From Octopus sinensis (lineage: Eukaryota), in the NCBI RefSeq assembly GCF_006345805.1, contig NW_021824658.1, positions 1 through 36,638 of the forward strand: a stretch of DNA of 36,638 bases, read 5' to 3'. Under the pieces are notes generated by a model that saw only the letters and a list, made by a program, of their open reading frames with translations, made no database searches and was not told the origin of the DNA. This document shows positions 25,801-36,638 of this stretch, in pieces. The position numbers were made by a program, and so were the translations under genes. How positions within the stretch are numbered: the first letter of the stretch is position 1; each line of letters begins with the position of its first letter.

Positions 25801-26470
25801 TATAATTTAGATTTATTAATCAAAATCCCTGGAGAAGAAAGAATATATAAATCGGTAGACGTTATTATGGACCATGAAAGAGCCTGCGAATATCCGGTTG
25901 AATTTTTAAACTCCTTAGATCCCTCTGGAATGCCGAATCATCTTTTAAAATTAAAGATAGGCGTTCCAGTGGTTTTATTACGAAATCTTGCGCCACCTAA
26001 ATTATGCAACGGAACGAGGTTAGTTATCAAAATTTGATGGCTAACGTAATAGAGGCGACGATATTAACAGGTAAGTATAGAGGTGAGGATGTTTATATTC
26101 CACGAATTCCGATAATTTCTGATGAATTACATTTAGATTTAAAAGGCTGCAATTTTCTTTGAGGATGAGTTTTGCAATGACAATAAACAAGGCCCAGGGA
26201 CAGTCATTAAAGGTAGTTGGGTTTTTTTAGAGAGTGAGTGCTTTTCACATGGACAGCTGTATGTGGGATGCTCGAGGGTAGGCAGAAGAGAAAATTTATT
26301 CATATATGCCAAGGAAGGACGGACGACAAACATCGTTTATCAACAGGCGATAGAATAGGGTTACATTAAACCAGGTAGTTTTATACATCTACATAAACTT
26401 ATAGTTGTTTGATGAAACAGGCCCTCCGCAGGAGCTAGGTCGCGGTGAGCGAAGCGAGCTGCCGAGCTAG

Positions 26471-26720
26471 TATTAGATGAAAACTTATTTAAAGCAAGTA
26501 TAGATTCACTCTGGTATCGAAGTTCTCCGATTTGAAAATTTTAATAAGTTTCACATTCTTCGTCTTTGTCCGTACAGTCTGATGCTTAACTCCATCAAAA
26601 ATGTTTTGTTAAAAATAAACGCTCACGTGAAAAGAATAGAAATGGTATAAATTTTCTTAAATGGTATAGTATAGATATCCACGAAATGATATCTAAACAG
26701 TTCATTTCTAAAATGAATAA
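26471..26720 (+). mobile_element. Tc1/IS630-like transposase remnant, 3' part
   Basis: HILRLCPYSLMLNSIKNVLLKINAHVKR corresponds to the degenerate family motif LPPYSP.LNPIE..FS..K..V. Confidence 0.65.
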
Positions 26721-26949
26721 AAAAATAAATTGATAATATCTTGAAACTTTATAATTCCTCGATTTACTTGTCCCTTCATTCAAGAATGAATCTGCCTGAT
26801 CTTTGTCACTGGTTTAAAAAGATATTACTGATGAGAAAAATATTTCAATTTTACTTGACCTCCGGGTTCAGTAGCAAAACAAGATATCCTCTAGGTCCCT
26901 GAGGATATGATTAACTGCTCTTGAAAAAATACTATTAATTATTTTTATT

Positions 26950-27981
26950 ATTTGATCAAGGACAATCTTCATCTGTGATGATAAAGTTTTTTACGCAAGA
27001 GAATATTGTGTATTGCACAATGGACAGATTAGATATTTTGATTCTTTTTTTCATGTGCAATAAATCCTGACCGATACGTCAGTGCAAATTGATCCGACTT
27101 TATTCCAGTCAATAAAATTAAGTTTCATAAATTTGTCAACAGCAGCAAAAATATCCTGACCTCGTGTTCTTCCGTAAAGTTAGATGCTAAAAAGAAAATC
27201 CTCAACGATCTTGTTTGCCTCGACAAAACGTACTAAAAAAATCAACTGATAAATCGAAGTTATATCGGTCGATTCATCGAACTGGATGCATATCGGAAAA
27301 GAATTGCAGTTAATAAAATTAACAATCTGAGACAAGATATCACCAGACATATCTTGAATTCTTCGAGAAATTGTATCATTTGACAAAGGGACCTCTTTGA
27401 ATCTGGATACAGAATCGGAGCCAAGCAAAATTTCGCCCATTGAAATAATAGAAGGTTTTATTAGAAGTTCTCCGAAGAATGAGGCGCCTTATTTTTTGCA
27501 ATTATATAAGCCATCCTTAATATAAAAAAGAAAAAATCTTGTATAATGCGCGAACAGGAGGTTTGGTTTAAAAAAGAGGGAAAGGAGGTTATTTTTGGTG
27601 TAGAATCAACTTTTTCGCTTAGCGGAGAACTCCTCAAAGCTAAGTTTTGAATATGGATGAAGAGACTCCATATGCCTTTTTAACTTTGCCAGTTTAAGTG
27701 AAGTATTGTCGAGAATGCAATGGGAAATCATGCATTGAGCCTTATTATAATTGTTATCAGAAGATCGATATTTTGTGAATCCATATTGAACATAAGAAGC
27801 ACACCAGAATCGTTTCTTATCCAACATTAAAACACGCGATTAGAGTGTGCAAAAAATTTATTTTTTATATCTAGAGCATTTTTATGAAAAAGAAACAAAG
27901 ACTACATTAAAGAAATATATTGCAAATATAAAATTCTGGGGACTCCCTTATTTTTTATGGGGACCCCGTTGAGAAACGCTG
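26950..27981 (-). mobile_element. hAT (Buster/ZBED-like) element 5' half
   Basis: Terminus CAGCGTTTCTCAACGGGGTCC at 27981 beside CTCTAGGA; YVQYGFT, KLKRHMESLH, VPLSNDTISRRIQDMS, IQFDESTDI, GSICTD, VHC. Confidence 0.88.
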
Positions 27982-28108
27982 CTCTAGGACAAAATCAGTC
28001 GAGTAATGTTTAATATCCAAGTTATTCGTGTTTTTAATAATAAATATACTTTGATCAACATTAATTGAAGAAGCTACCGGCAATTTTTTATTGTTAAAAA
28101 CAAATTTA

Positions 28109-29803
28109 TTAGTCAAAATCAAATAGAGATTTAAAATTATCAACGATAAAAATCAAAATTCTTTTAAACTCTTCTAAACGAACGATATACGCCATTGGAT
28201 CAGTTGAATTTGAATTGGTCAAATTTCTTAAAAATTAATTAAAAAATCATCAACCCAAACATACTACAACACCAAAGTATGCTCAATTCATTTATAGTCA
28301 TAAATGTGATTTTCGACTTGTCGCAAATAAATTTTAAATGCTTGCAGAGAATATATAAAACTCTAAATTTTTTGTTTTTTTTAATATGAGTACTCTGAAT
28401 AAATATCAGGGAACTTTTTGAATATATTTCTAAGCTGCTCTATCTTTTCAGACTTTTTTACTGCATCGTTTAAAGCGATAATTTTCTAAAAAATATAATA
28501 TAATAAAACAATGTCGTTTTGAAATTTTATGGGAACTATAGATCCCGGAATTTCTCTAAAAAATCTTTTGAACAATTCCGATATATTATTTATGTTTGGA
28601 TTGTTTTCCAAAAATGAAAAATCTTCATTATTTGCACAATCCCTTTATCTAAAAGATATATAAATTAACCTCATTGTTTCAATTTCAGCAAAATTTCCAT
28701 TCAGTCTGTAAATTCCCTTGACAATTCCATTTTTTTCGACATACTCACAACTTTTTTTAACATAATACAACACTTTCTCTAAAAATTTCATAGTTGATGG
28801 AAAATACCTTTTTCAAGTTCTTCAAGATAATTTGCAAAAAATGTTTTTTTAATTATCCCTAGTTTTTGTAGATGGTCTCGATTAGGCCGTGTTAAGAACA
28901 TAGTTTTCAGCATTAATTTAATTTTAGTCATTTTCTCAAGAGATAATGTTTTGATTACGCCATGTAGATCTGACTTTTGATCTTTCTCTTCTAATGCATT
29001 ATTTTCATTTTTAGCTGAAGTATTCAAATTTTTTGCTAAAATAAAGCCAATCTAAAAATGTTTGCTTCAAAAACTTGTAGATCTTTGTCACCAAGCGAAA
29101 TAATTCCTTCGTTCGTCATTATTCCTCGCCACCAGGGTGCCTTTTCCAAAGCATGTTTGTCTATCACACAGATTACATCTCCAGGCTTGGGAGTAAAATA
29201 TAACAAAAATAAGTTACTTCAAAAGATAATTCTTCTAAATCTTTAGTAGATCGATTTGTTGTTAGCGTTTTATATAAAGCCGATTGTGGTAGTTTAATAG
29301 TTCCTGATTGAGTAGTATTTCCGATTGGTGACATCTTTGAAATAATTATAAAAATGTTTTAACATTAATAAAATTCATCAAATAAGAACAAATATCAGAA
29401 GACTGGAATCGAACTTTTAGTCTCAGTATGAAAAAGTATAATATTGATATAAGTTTCTAAAAATTAAATTTCAAAATACCGGCTGGTTAGATTTTTTACA
29501 AAGATAAGGAAATTTAGCCACCAAAAATGTTGGATTGCATTCTGATTGAATTGTTTTTTGCAACGTACGAAACTTTTCATAGGTGGTCACAACAATCCAT
29601 TTAAAGTTCCCATTGACCACGTAAAGATATATGTCTTCATAATTATTTCTCTCAGAATCTATATCCAGTATTTCAATCTAAATAATTTTTGATTTATATT
29701 AACATTGAAGTTGTTTTTCACTTCAATATAGTGATGGGAGTGAGAAATATGTGTCCTGTAAATTTTAAATACAAATTTCAAAATACGTAATCTTTCTGCT
29801 CAT
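28109..29803 (-). CDS. PX-SH3-RhoGAP protein, ARHGAP32/33 (RICS/TCGAP)-like, about 12 exons
   Basis: Hand-spliced open frame with 11 introns of about 23-32 nt. PX-like KWIVVTTYEKFRTL; SH3 EELSFE|PGDVICVID...PWWRG...Q|IGFI; family motif FLTRPNRDHLQKLGIIKKTFF; GAP CEYVEKNGIVKGIYRLNG, ELFKRFFREIP, ending IVDNFKSLFDFD*. Start codon uncertain. Confidence 0.85.
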
Positions 29804-30481
29804 TGAACGAGGAAATGAAATAATCTATAACATTTATTTTAATTAGATAGTCTAAATTTCAATGATATATCATACTACTAATAATACAATTTTATTTTTA
29901 ATAAATTTAATAATATTTGGTGATCTGCTTTGTGCAAAAAATTGATATTTTTTATACACTTAACGTTCCAATTTGTTTTCAAAGCCCTGGTTTGTAATTC
30001 TCACTTTTCCAGAGTTTAATGCACACGAAGGGCCTTTAACTGCTACCATTTCGTTAAAGTTCCGCTGCAATCGACTTAGCGAGATACTGAGATTGTAATT
30101 ATTGTTTTAATATAAAGAAATTTGTGCTTTTTTAAATTGAATTTTATAGGATAATTGAAATTTTTGTTGATTTACTCTTGCATAAATTAAACGTGGCTGA
30201 CTCGAAAAGAAAAATAAATGGAGCAGGGAACATGTCTTCTTTTGGGTCGTCTCCCTCTGGATTAATTAGTTTCCTAATAACATCTTCTCTCTCTGTTTTG
30301 ATCTTATGTGGCTGGGCCCAAGCGAGATGTTAACATTCCGTTCTCATCTTGCGGTGGGCTTCCTGTTCCTGTTATAAATTAAACGTAATTCAATGATACA
30401 TTCATTTTCTTTTACAAAAATGGTAAAATTTTTTGCAAATGTCACGCATTTAAATGCAAAATCAAATTTAACTATTTTAAA

Positions 30482-33300
30482 TTAGTCGCCGAGTGGATGG
30501 ACAGGCAATTCCCATGCAATATCCCGAACTATATCAGTTGAAAAAGCCAGCTTGATTTACGACCGTCATGACTCCTTCTATAGATGGCTGAACCAATCTC
30601 TGAGAGTAGTTTGAGCGCTTTGGGTTCAATTATTCCACTGGTCTCGAAAGCAAGGGGAATGAAGGAACAGGTATCGGTCAACGATGCATATTTTGCAGTT
30701 TTCCTAAATTCGAAAAGAGCAGATGCAGATCCATGACGAGAAGCAGAGTCGATAAACGAGGAAAAGGAAAATGAGTCCACACAGGTAACATCCCACATGA
30801 GGGCCAGACCCTCCCTGAATGGGAATAAGGTCGACCCATCAGGGCGTTTTCCGTCCCCGTGGTCAAGTCCAACCAGTTCTAACATTGAGGAGAATCCCGC
30901 GGCGTTAAGCACGCGCCTGAGGCGTGTCTGGGAATCCTGCCGGCACTGAGACGATAAGAGAGAGGGTGTAACCCCCTCCTGTCGATGAGTTTTCCATATC
31001 TACAATGATGGGGCTAACCAAGGCGTATACAAATTCCAATGCTGAGGAGATCGGTAACGCATTAAGCCAATCGGCCGAATGTTGCTAACAAGCACAATTA
31101 ATACTCGCCCGCTGAAACTGGTCGGCATGTAAGCGGATATCTTCAAATATGTGCGAACAATATATGCTATCCCAGTTACTTTGAACAGATGGAATTTCCA
31201 GGATTTTAAGCCCTCGAGAAACCCACTCGTTGATACCAGGCGCATATTCCAACAACTCCCACTGTTCAAAAAACGGAAGGAGAACAGCGTTGACGAAATT
31301 AGTGGAAGCGGATAACAATGATAGGTAACATGGGAGGGATAAATCTCGGCAAGAGTGGATGCCCCCATAACGACTCGGTAAATTAACACGCAGAATATCA
31401 CCAGATTTAAACTTGATGTTTACCAATGACTCAAGTGTTTTCGAAACCAGATTATCAAGACGAGATATGTGTTTCTGCTCAAGAAAGCAAAGCTCTGAGC
31501 TCATAAAAGAAGTAAGTTTCGGAATAAAGAAATAGTTCTTGAGTAGAAAAAGCCCAAAGTGTGATTCGAGCTTGCAGATACGCGAAATAAGGATTTCTAT
31601 CTCTCCTTCCTTGTTACAAAAGCCTTCCTAGTTCCCTTCCCAATGATCGGGGATCAGAGGATAATAAGGTCGTCAAAAGCGGTGATGCTCAAATGCTCGA
31701 TATGATGAACTAAAGTTGAAAAGATAGATTTAAATTCTGATGGATTCGCAGACTGGCAGATTAGTTCAGATTTGGATCCGTTGAAAGCGAGTCCGATAGA
31801 AGCAAATCCAGAAATAATCTTTGTAACATCATTTTTGACGACTTCCAAAGGTCCACCAAGCGTGACGTCATCAAGGTATCAAAGATTGACTTCTAAAGAT
31901 AATTGCCGAGCAATATGATCAACCTCTAGTGAGAACAGAAAGGGCCCCAATGGGTCACCCTGTTGAATCCCCGATTCAGATATAACAACGTTGTCAGCAA
32001 ACAGGAGACAACTTGAGGAAGCATATGATAGATTTACAATGAAATATAATGAAGGAAAACGACCACGCACAGATTCCAAGAAATTGTCACGTCAAATAAA
32101 ATTAAATGCGTTTTTTCACATCAAGTTTAACGAGAAAGAGGATTCTATTATTTTTCAAAGAAACCAGCTGCCGTATACCATGAGCGGCTACTTCGCAAGC
32201 TTCTTTAACACCTACACCAACTTGGATCGGCATTAAAAGTTCACTTGCTTCAGAAACTACCGAATGGCAAATAATTTTAGCCACCTGGCGTCTAAAGACA
32301 TTCCCAACAGCAATAGGTCGTATTCCACCGTCATATTTGTTTAGAGCCGCGAGAGGAGGGATCTCACCAGAGATAATTCCTGTACATTAGCACATGATGG
32401 TCAACACTAGGCGTCTTCCAGCCTCAGCAGTTACCGAAGAAAGAAGATCCTTTAGGTGGATGGGTTTTATACCATCAATACCCCCATTTTTAATGAAGGG
32501 GAAAGAACTGAGAGCAGTGGATACTTCCGCTGAAATGACGAAATATACGTCACAAACATAACCAATGACCAACTCTGGGATTTCGGCTAGATCGACTGGT
32601 ACAGCAGGGTGTTTGAGCGTAGTTGAATAAGAACCTTGTCCAAAGGAGGGTGGATAGTTGAGTTCGAACAGATAACACGGACAACGCTGTGTACATCACC
32701 TTGCATAAAATTAACCCGAACCATTCGGGTCATGTCCTGAATCGATACATTCGAACGACGACGATGCCTTTTTACGGATTGAGGAGAAATTGCGTTGATA
32801 TCGAATTTAACGTTGTCGAATAACTCACAGTTCTATTTAATATTTTGCAAAAGAGACGTGCGATCACCCTCGTATTTCTGGATGGAAGAGCCTTCGAGAC
32901 TGAAGGAGACAAAAAAGAAAAGCTTGTACCAATCATCTGGCGAGTTTGAAGCCAGAGATCGCTCGATTGCAAGAGCCAAGATCCTGGCTGGTTTAGGGAT
33001 CCTCGACGGAATGAATTTGCTTTTACGGAAACAGAGCAAGCGGATAAGGAATGCCTGCGCCTCCGAACAAGGCCGGTCGGTTAAGGATTTTTCAGATGAA
33101 ATAGGATTAGTGATCAACGTCTGCAGGAGGCATGAGGAGAATTTCCAAGAGAATATTGTGGCCGAATTGCGCTTAGTGAGATCAACAGCGCAAAAAGTGG
33201 GGAAACCGGCTGCAGGAAACACAGGAACGCCATCTGAATTCCAACTCCCGTTTACAAGAATTAACCGATTTACAGGAGATACAAAAGGATATGAGAATAA
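30482..33300 (-). mobile_element. Near full-length, decayed CRE-like non-LTR retrotransposon (PHD-like finger, RT, restriction-like endonuclease)
   Basis: IRPIAVGNVFRR, QVGVGV, SGIQQGDPLGPFLFSL, YLDDVTLGG, LPSRYGG, DGKRPDG..WDVTCVD, FIPLAFETSG; many frameshifts. Confidence 0.9.
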
Positions 33301-33465
33301 AGACAGACAATTAAATAAGATTATGAGATAGATATAAAAAAATAGATAGGAAAGGATTAGATAGATCAGTAAGATAGAAATATTGGATAGATCACAAGCA
33401 CAACTAATTTAGAATAGAAATTTAATGATAATGATTGATTAGTAGTTTTAAAATCTAGTAATAAT

Positions 33466-33662
33466 TTATCCATATCGAAATGTTTTTTTAATAGGTAAAT
33501 TTTCATTTCTCTCTTCTGCTGGATAATCATCAAAGTCTTTGTTAAAATTAACAAAACCATCTGAATTCCAACTCTTTAAATAATAGAAAATTTTTCAGAT
33601 ACCTGAATTTGCACAGTAGCTTGAGGAATTAATAAAAAGCATGCTAAAACTAAGTATTTCAT
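33466..33662 (-). CDS. 55-aa secreted peptide precursor, candidate RYamide-type neuropeptide prohormone (TFRYamide)
   Basis: Exon 1 33662-33603 MKYLVLACFLLIPQATVQIQ; 29-nt phase-0 GT-AG intron 33602-33574; exon 2 33573-33466 SWNSDGFVNFNKDFDDYPAEERNENLPIKKTFRYG*. Confidence 0.7.
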
Positions 33663-33929
33663 TTTTAGAAGAAAAATAATAAACAGCTTTTATAAATAAA
33701 TTTGTGATCAATATAATTCATAAAACAATTATTCCATTTACATTGTAAAAGTTTTTGAAATCGCTTTTCGATAATTTTTATAGGCTTTTCTATGTATTTC
33801 TGATAAAAGTACAAAATCTATTTTCTTTAATTTTACTAAAATCAATTTCAATCCAGAATCCAAATCTTGTTTTAATAAAGTATTATTAGGGTATTATGAT
33901 CCACCCTTTTTGATACTTTAGTCATTATA

Positions 33930-34915
33930 CATTTGAATAACATAAGGATGAGAGTCAGATTTTGCAGGACTTCTCTTTTAAGTTACATCGTCTTAGATAA
34001 TAAATTCCCAACACGAAGAAAAGATTTTTTACCGGAGAGTATCCAATTTACAAAAATTTCGTTTTTTCAATATCTGCTCTTGTGTGTACCAAGCTCTGTC
34101 TTGCTATCTTTATCCACGTCGACTCCAGGAATTTCGCTTGCTCGAATCTATTCCCTTTCTCAAACTTAACAAGCTCTTAAAATACTCCTCTGCTTCCAGT
34201 GCTTGGTGCTTACTTGGCCTTGATTTCCCGCGATTCGTTCAGTTCAAAGAGGCTGGGACAAAATCTTCTGTTTAAATACTTTACGCAATCTTCGTTCAGA
34301 ATCCGCCAACTCCAGTTGGCCTCACCTAACTGCGCTTGTCAGCCGCATAGTGGAGACTCGCTCAAAGCACTCTCTATCCCCAGCACGGGATTACTACTGG
34401 ACGACAATTCCTTACGGATCAGTATCTGTTTACGCTTAGTCTTGAACGTCTTCCAGCCACACCCTTTCCTAATTTCGTGGAACGGCTTGCAAGAAGAGTA
34501 CCGGTAAAATTCCTCGCCACACTCAATTCAATGACGTTGTTAGCAGGGCTCTAAGGTCGGCCGGTTTCCCTCCCACTCTAAAGCCAGTCGGCCTTTTTCG
34601 GAACGACGGTAAGCGTACCGACAGGATGATGACCCTTCCTATCAAGGAAGGCAAGTCCCTGGTTTGGGACGCCACCTACGTCGACTCTTTTTCGACGACG
34701 ATGCTACTACCCAAGCCTTGGAGCAACCCGGGCTCCGCCAGTGCTCAGACTGAAGAGTTAAAGAGAACGAAATATTTGTGTTTTCCGGGCTTTTTTGAGT
34801 TTTCCCCCCTTGCCTTCAGAACTTTAGGAATCGTTGGCACTTTAAACTGACATTGGTAGGAGAATCTCTTTTGAAAACAAACGACCAGAGAGAGACGAGC
34901 TGGCCCTTTCCGCGA
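33930..34915 (+). mobile_element. Second CRE-like element, 3' half, decayed
   Basis: LKALSIPSTGLLLDDNSLRISICLRL, IPRH...NDVVSRALRSAG, DGKR.D, LVWDATYVDSFS, FSPLAF.T.GIVG. Confidence 0.85.
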
Positions 34916-35250
34916 TAAACAGTCGATAAACAGTCTAATTATTTTCAGTTCAGAGCTGTTAAAGATCTCTAAATACTTTCGTTAAATTATAAAGTTTTTT
35001 TGCTTAACTCATATCATACATATTGGATTATTTTTTGTGGGACAAAAAATGTCTGGTTGAAATTCCACGTCTGATTGCAGAATGTTTATTCCAAAAGTGC
35101 AGTTCAGCATGTTCGAGCACAAAAAGAAATCCGCCGCATCTAGTTGTCTCTTCTATTTTTTTACTAATTATTATTATTTACTATTAAATTTTTGACTTTT
35201 TTAAATAAAGAATTGTGTTTATATTTTAAATAAAAACATCAATTATTTGA

Positions 35251-35807
35251 ATGAGTGAATTCTCGTTGGTAGTACTTTTGGGGTTATATGTAGAAAAATA
35301 AAAAATATTCAAAAGATTTCTGAGAAAAGCATTGATTTTCTTGGAAAAGGATCTTGGCATGAACAATATCGTAATAGTGCTTGGATTTTTGTTGGAGGTC
35401 TATCCTATGATTTGACAGAAGGCGATGTACTATGCGTATTCTCACAGTTAATACATAAATTTTTTTCTTTATTAAGATATGGAGAAATTGTTACCATTAA
35501 TTTGATCAGAGACAGAAAGACGGGAAGATCTAAGGGATACTGTTTCATTTGCTACCAAGATCAAAGAAGCACTGATTTGGCCGTAGATAATTTTAATGGA
35601 ATTCAGGTTTTCATATTTGATGGTTTATAAAATCAGATTTTATCTCGTACGATCAAGGTTGATCACGTGGAGAACTATAGAATTCCTGAAGAGCACGAAG
35701 AAGACGACGAGCTCACCAAAAAACTTAAATTTGAAGGGTTGTTGGGAATAAATGAAAAGGAAATTTTTAATTCCAAAAATAAGAGACACCGTTCTAATAA
35801 ACATTAG
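35251..35807 (+). CDS. RBMX2: RBMX2/Snu17 (RES complex RRM protein), 4 exons
   Basis: Exons 35251-35264, 35294-35446, 35477-35606, 35637-35807; introns 29/30/30 nt. SWHEQYRNSAWIFVGGLSYDLTEGDVLCVFSQYGEIV, KSKG-type RNP1, YQDQRSTDLAVDNFNG, RTIKVDHV. Confidence 0.95.
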
Positions 35808-35959
35808 ATTAATTGAAATTTGTATTTTAAGTATTTTGAATTGAAATGATTGTGCTTGTTTTAGGATATCTAATTTTGTTCAATTTTTATTCTAATGTTC
35901 AAATAAATAATTAAAATACATAATCTTTTTGAAAAAATTAACAGAACCTAAAATGAAAA

Positions 35960-36560
35960 ATTAACTAATCAATTGACTCTGGTATCCAGGAATTTTTCTT
36001 TTTTTGGAGAACTATCCACCAACGCACAATCACTTTCATTCTCCGAGTCATTCATAATTTTTCGCAAAATTGGTCTGTCCTTTCAACCAACTGGCTGTTT
36101 GCCGTAATGAATTCTTCTTGAGGCATATAAATGATATGTCTATGCTCCATCACCACGCTTTCTAGTGTCTTCTTTATCACAAGTGCCTGAATGTATTTTC
36201 TCGTCGGGCCTTCAACAGATATTTTTTTATATAGGCTTTGAAACACGTTGAAACCACTACGTCCCATGTCAGCACTATTGGACTAATCTTAACGGGTGCC
36301 TTATAAAGTATCCATAGTTCTCCCACCAGAAAATCGTATTTATGTAATTTTTCTATTTCGGTTTGTTTGAATCTTCCGTTCTATGTAAGTCCCATTCTAA
36401 TTATGATAATCTCATTCTTCAGCTTGTCGTAGATCTGGCTTATTGACTGAACTTGGGTATCTGTCGATTTTGATGTATTCACCCGTATTTCGACTTTTTA
36501 TGTCGATAAGCTAGATTGCACCGAATGGGACTTTAGCTTCCCAGTTTCTTTATTTCAAAT
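35960..36560 (-). mobile_element. 3' fragment of an R4/NeSL-like non-LTR element (RLE domain)
   Basis: NKPDL, TEIEKLHKYDFLVGEL..LYK..VKISPIVLTWD.VV, YIQALVIKKTLESV; frameshifted. Confidence 0.7.
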
Positions 36561-36638
36561 AATTAATATGAATTCGTATGAATAAAAATAATTTATAATA
36601 ACTTTGTTACTAACAATCTGGTTATTTTTAAATTAGTC

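Larger units (their letters stand above)
20511..26470 (+). mobile_element. Helitron with both termini and a 5'-deleted Rep-PIF1 helicase ORF (~22850-26357)
   Basis: 5' A|TC...AATAATAAAA...(TGTC)n at 20511. 3' GC-rich hairpin with GCGAAGC, then CTAG|T at 26467-26471. Rep motifs [43 protein letters not shown]; helicase motifs [29 protein letters not shown]. Confidence 0.95.

Noticed and set aside
29037-29074. Possible GC-AG intron in the RhoGAP gene
   Set aside because: The canonical 23-nt GT-AG intron 29074-29052 restores the frame and the SH3 motif Q|IGFI.
30210-30232. GGAGCAG resembling SRP RNA helix 8
   Set aside because: The complementary CCAGG...GNRA half of the motif is absent.
32795-33331. 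178-aa plus-strand ORF and similar antisense ORFs (3003-3347, 15092-15523, 23358-23648)
   Set aside because: Antisense shadows of transposon coding sequence.
33366-33560. 64-aa ORF MVLLILTK...
   Set aside because: Shifted frame of the prohormone exon 2, with no recognisable features; the spliced frame explains the region better.

Overview
AT-rich eukaryotic (animal-type) genomic DNA: mostly nested, decayed transposons with compact host genes between them. Every host intron I could resolve is a 23-35 nt GT-AG intron, and several sit at positions shared with vertebrate orthologues. This fits a highly reduced parasitic metazoan such as a dicyemid (an inference; myxozoan or orthonectid origin is not excluded). 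Host genes reconstructed by hand-splicing: two paralogous signal-peptide thioredoxin-fold (SxxC) genes in a direct segmental duplication; a short PI31-like proline-rich gene; Rab2 (8 exons, switch-II Q->E, two 1-nt gaps); a minimal PX-SH3-RhoGAP (ARHGAP32/33-like); RBMX2/Snu17; an intronless RPL13 pseudogene; and a 55-aa two-exon gene, absent from the ORF track, with neuropeptide-precursor architecture (signal peptide ... KK-TFRY-G-stop). Mobile elements include hAT/Buster, Tc1/IS630, pogo/Tigger, RTE, Jockey/I-like, CRE-like and R4/NeSL-like non-LTR elements, a Ginger-like integrase, and a ~6 kb Helitron carrying a ~95-bp satellite. The best leads are the candidate RYamide prohormone and the thioredoxin-like paralogues, whose exons have diverged while their introns are identical.
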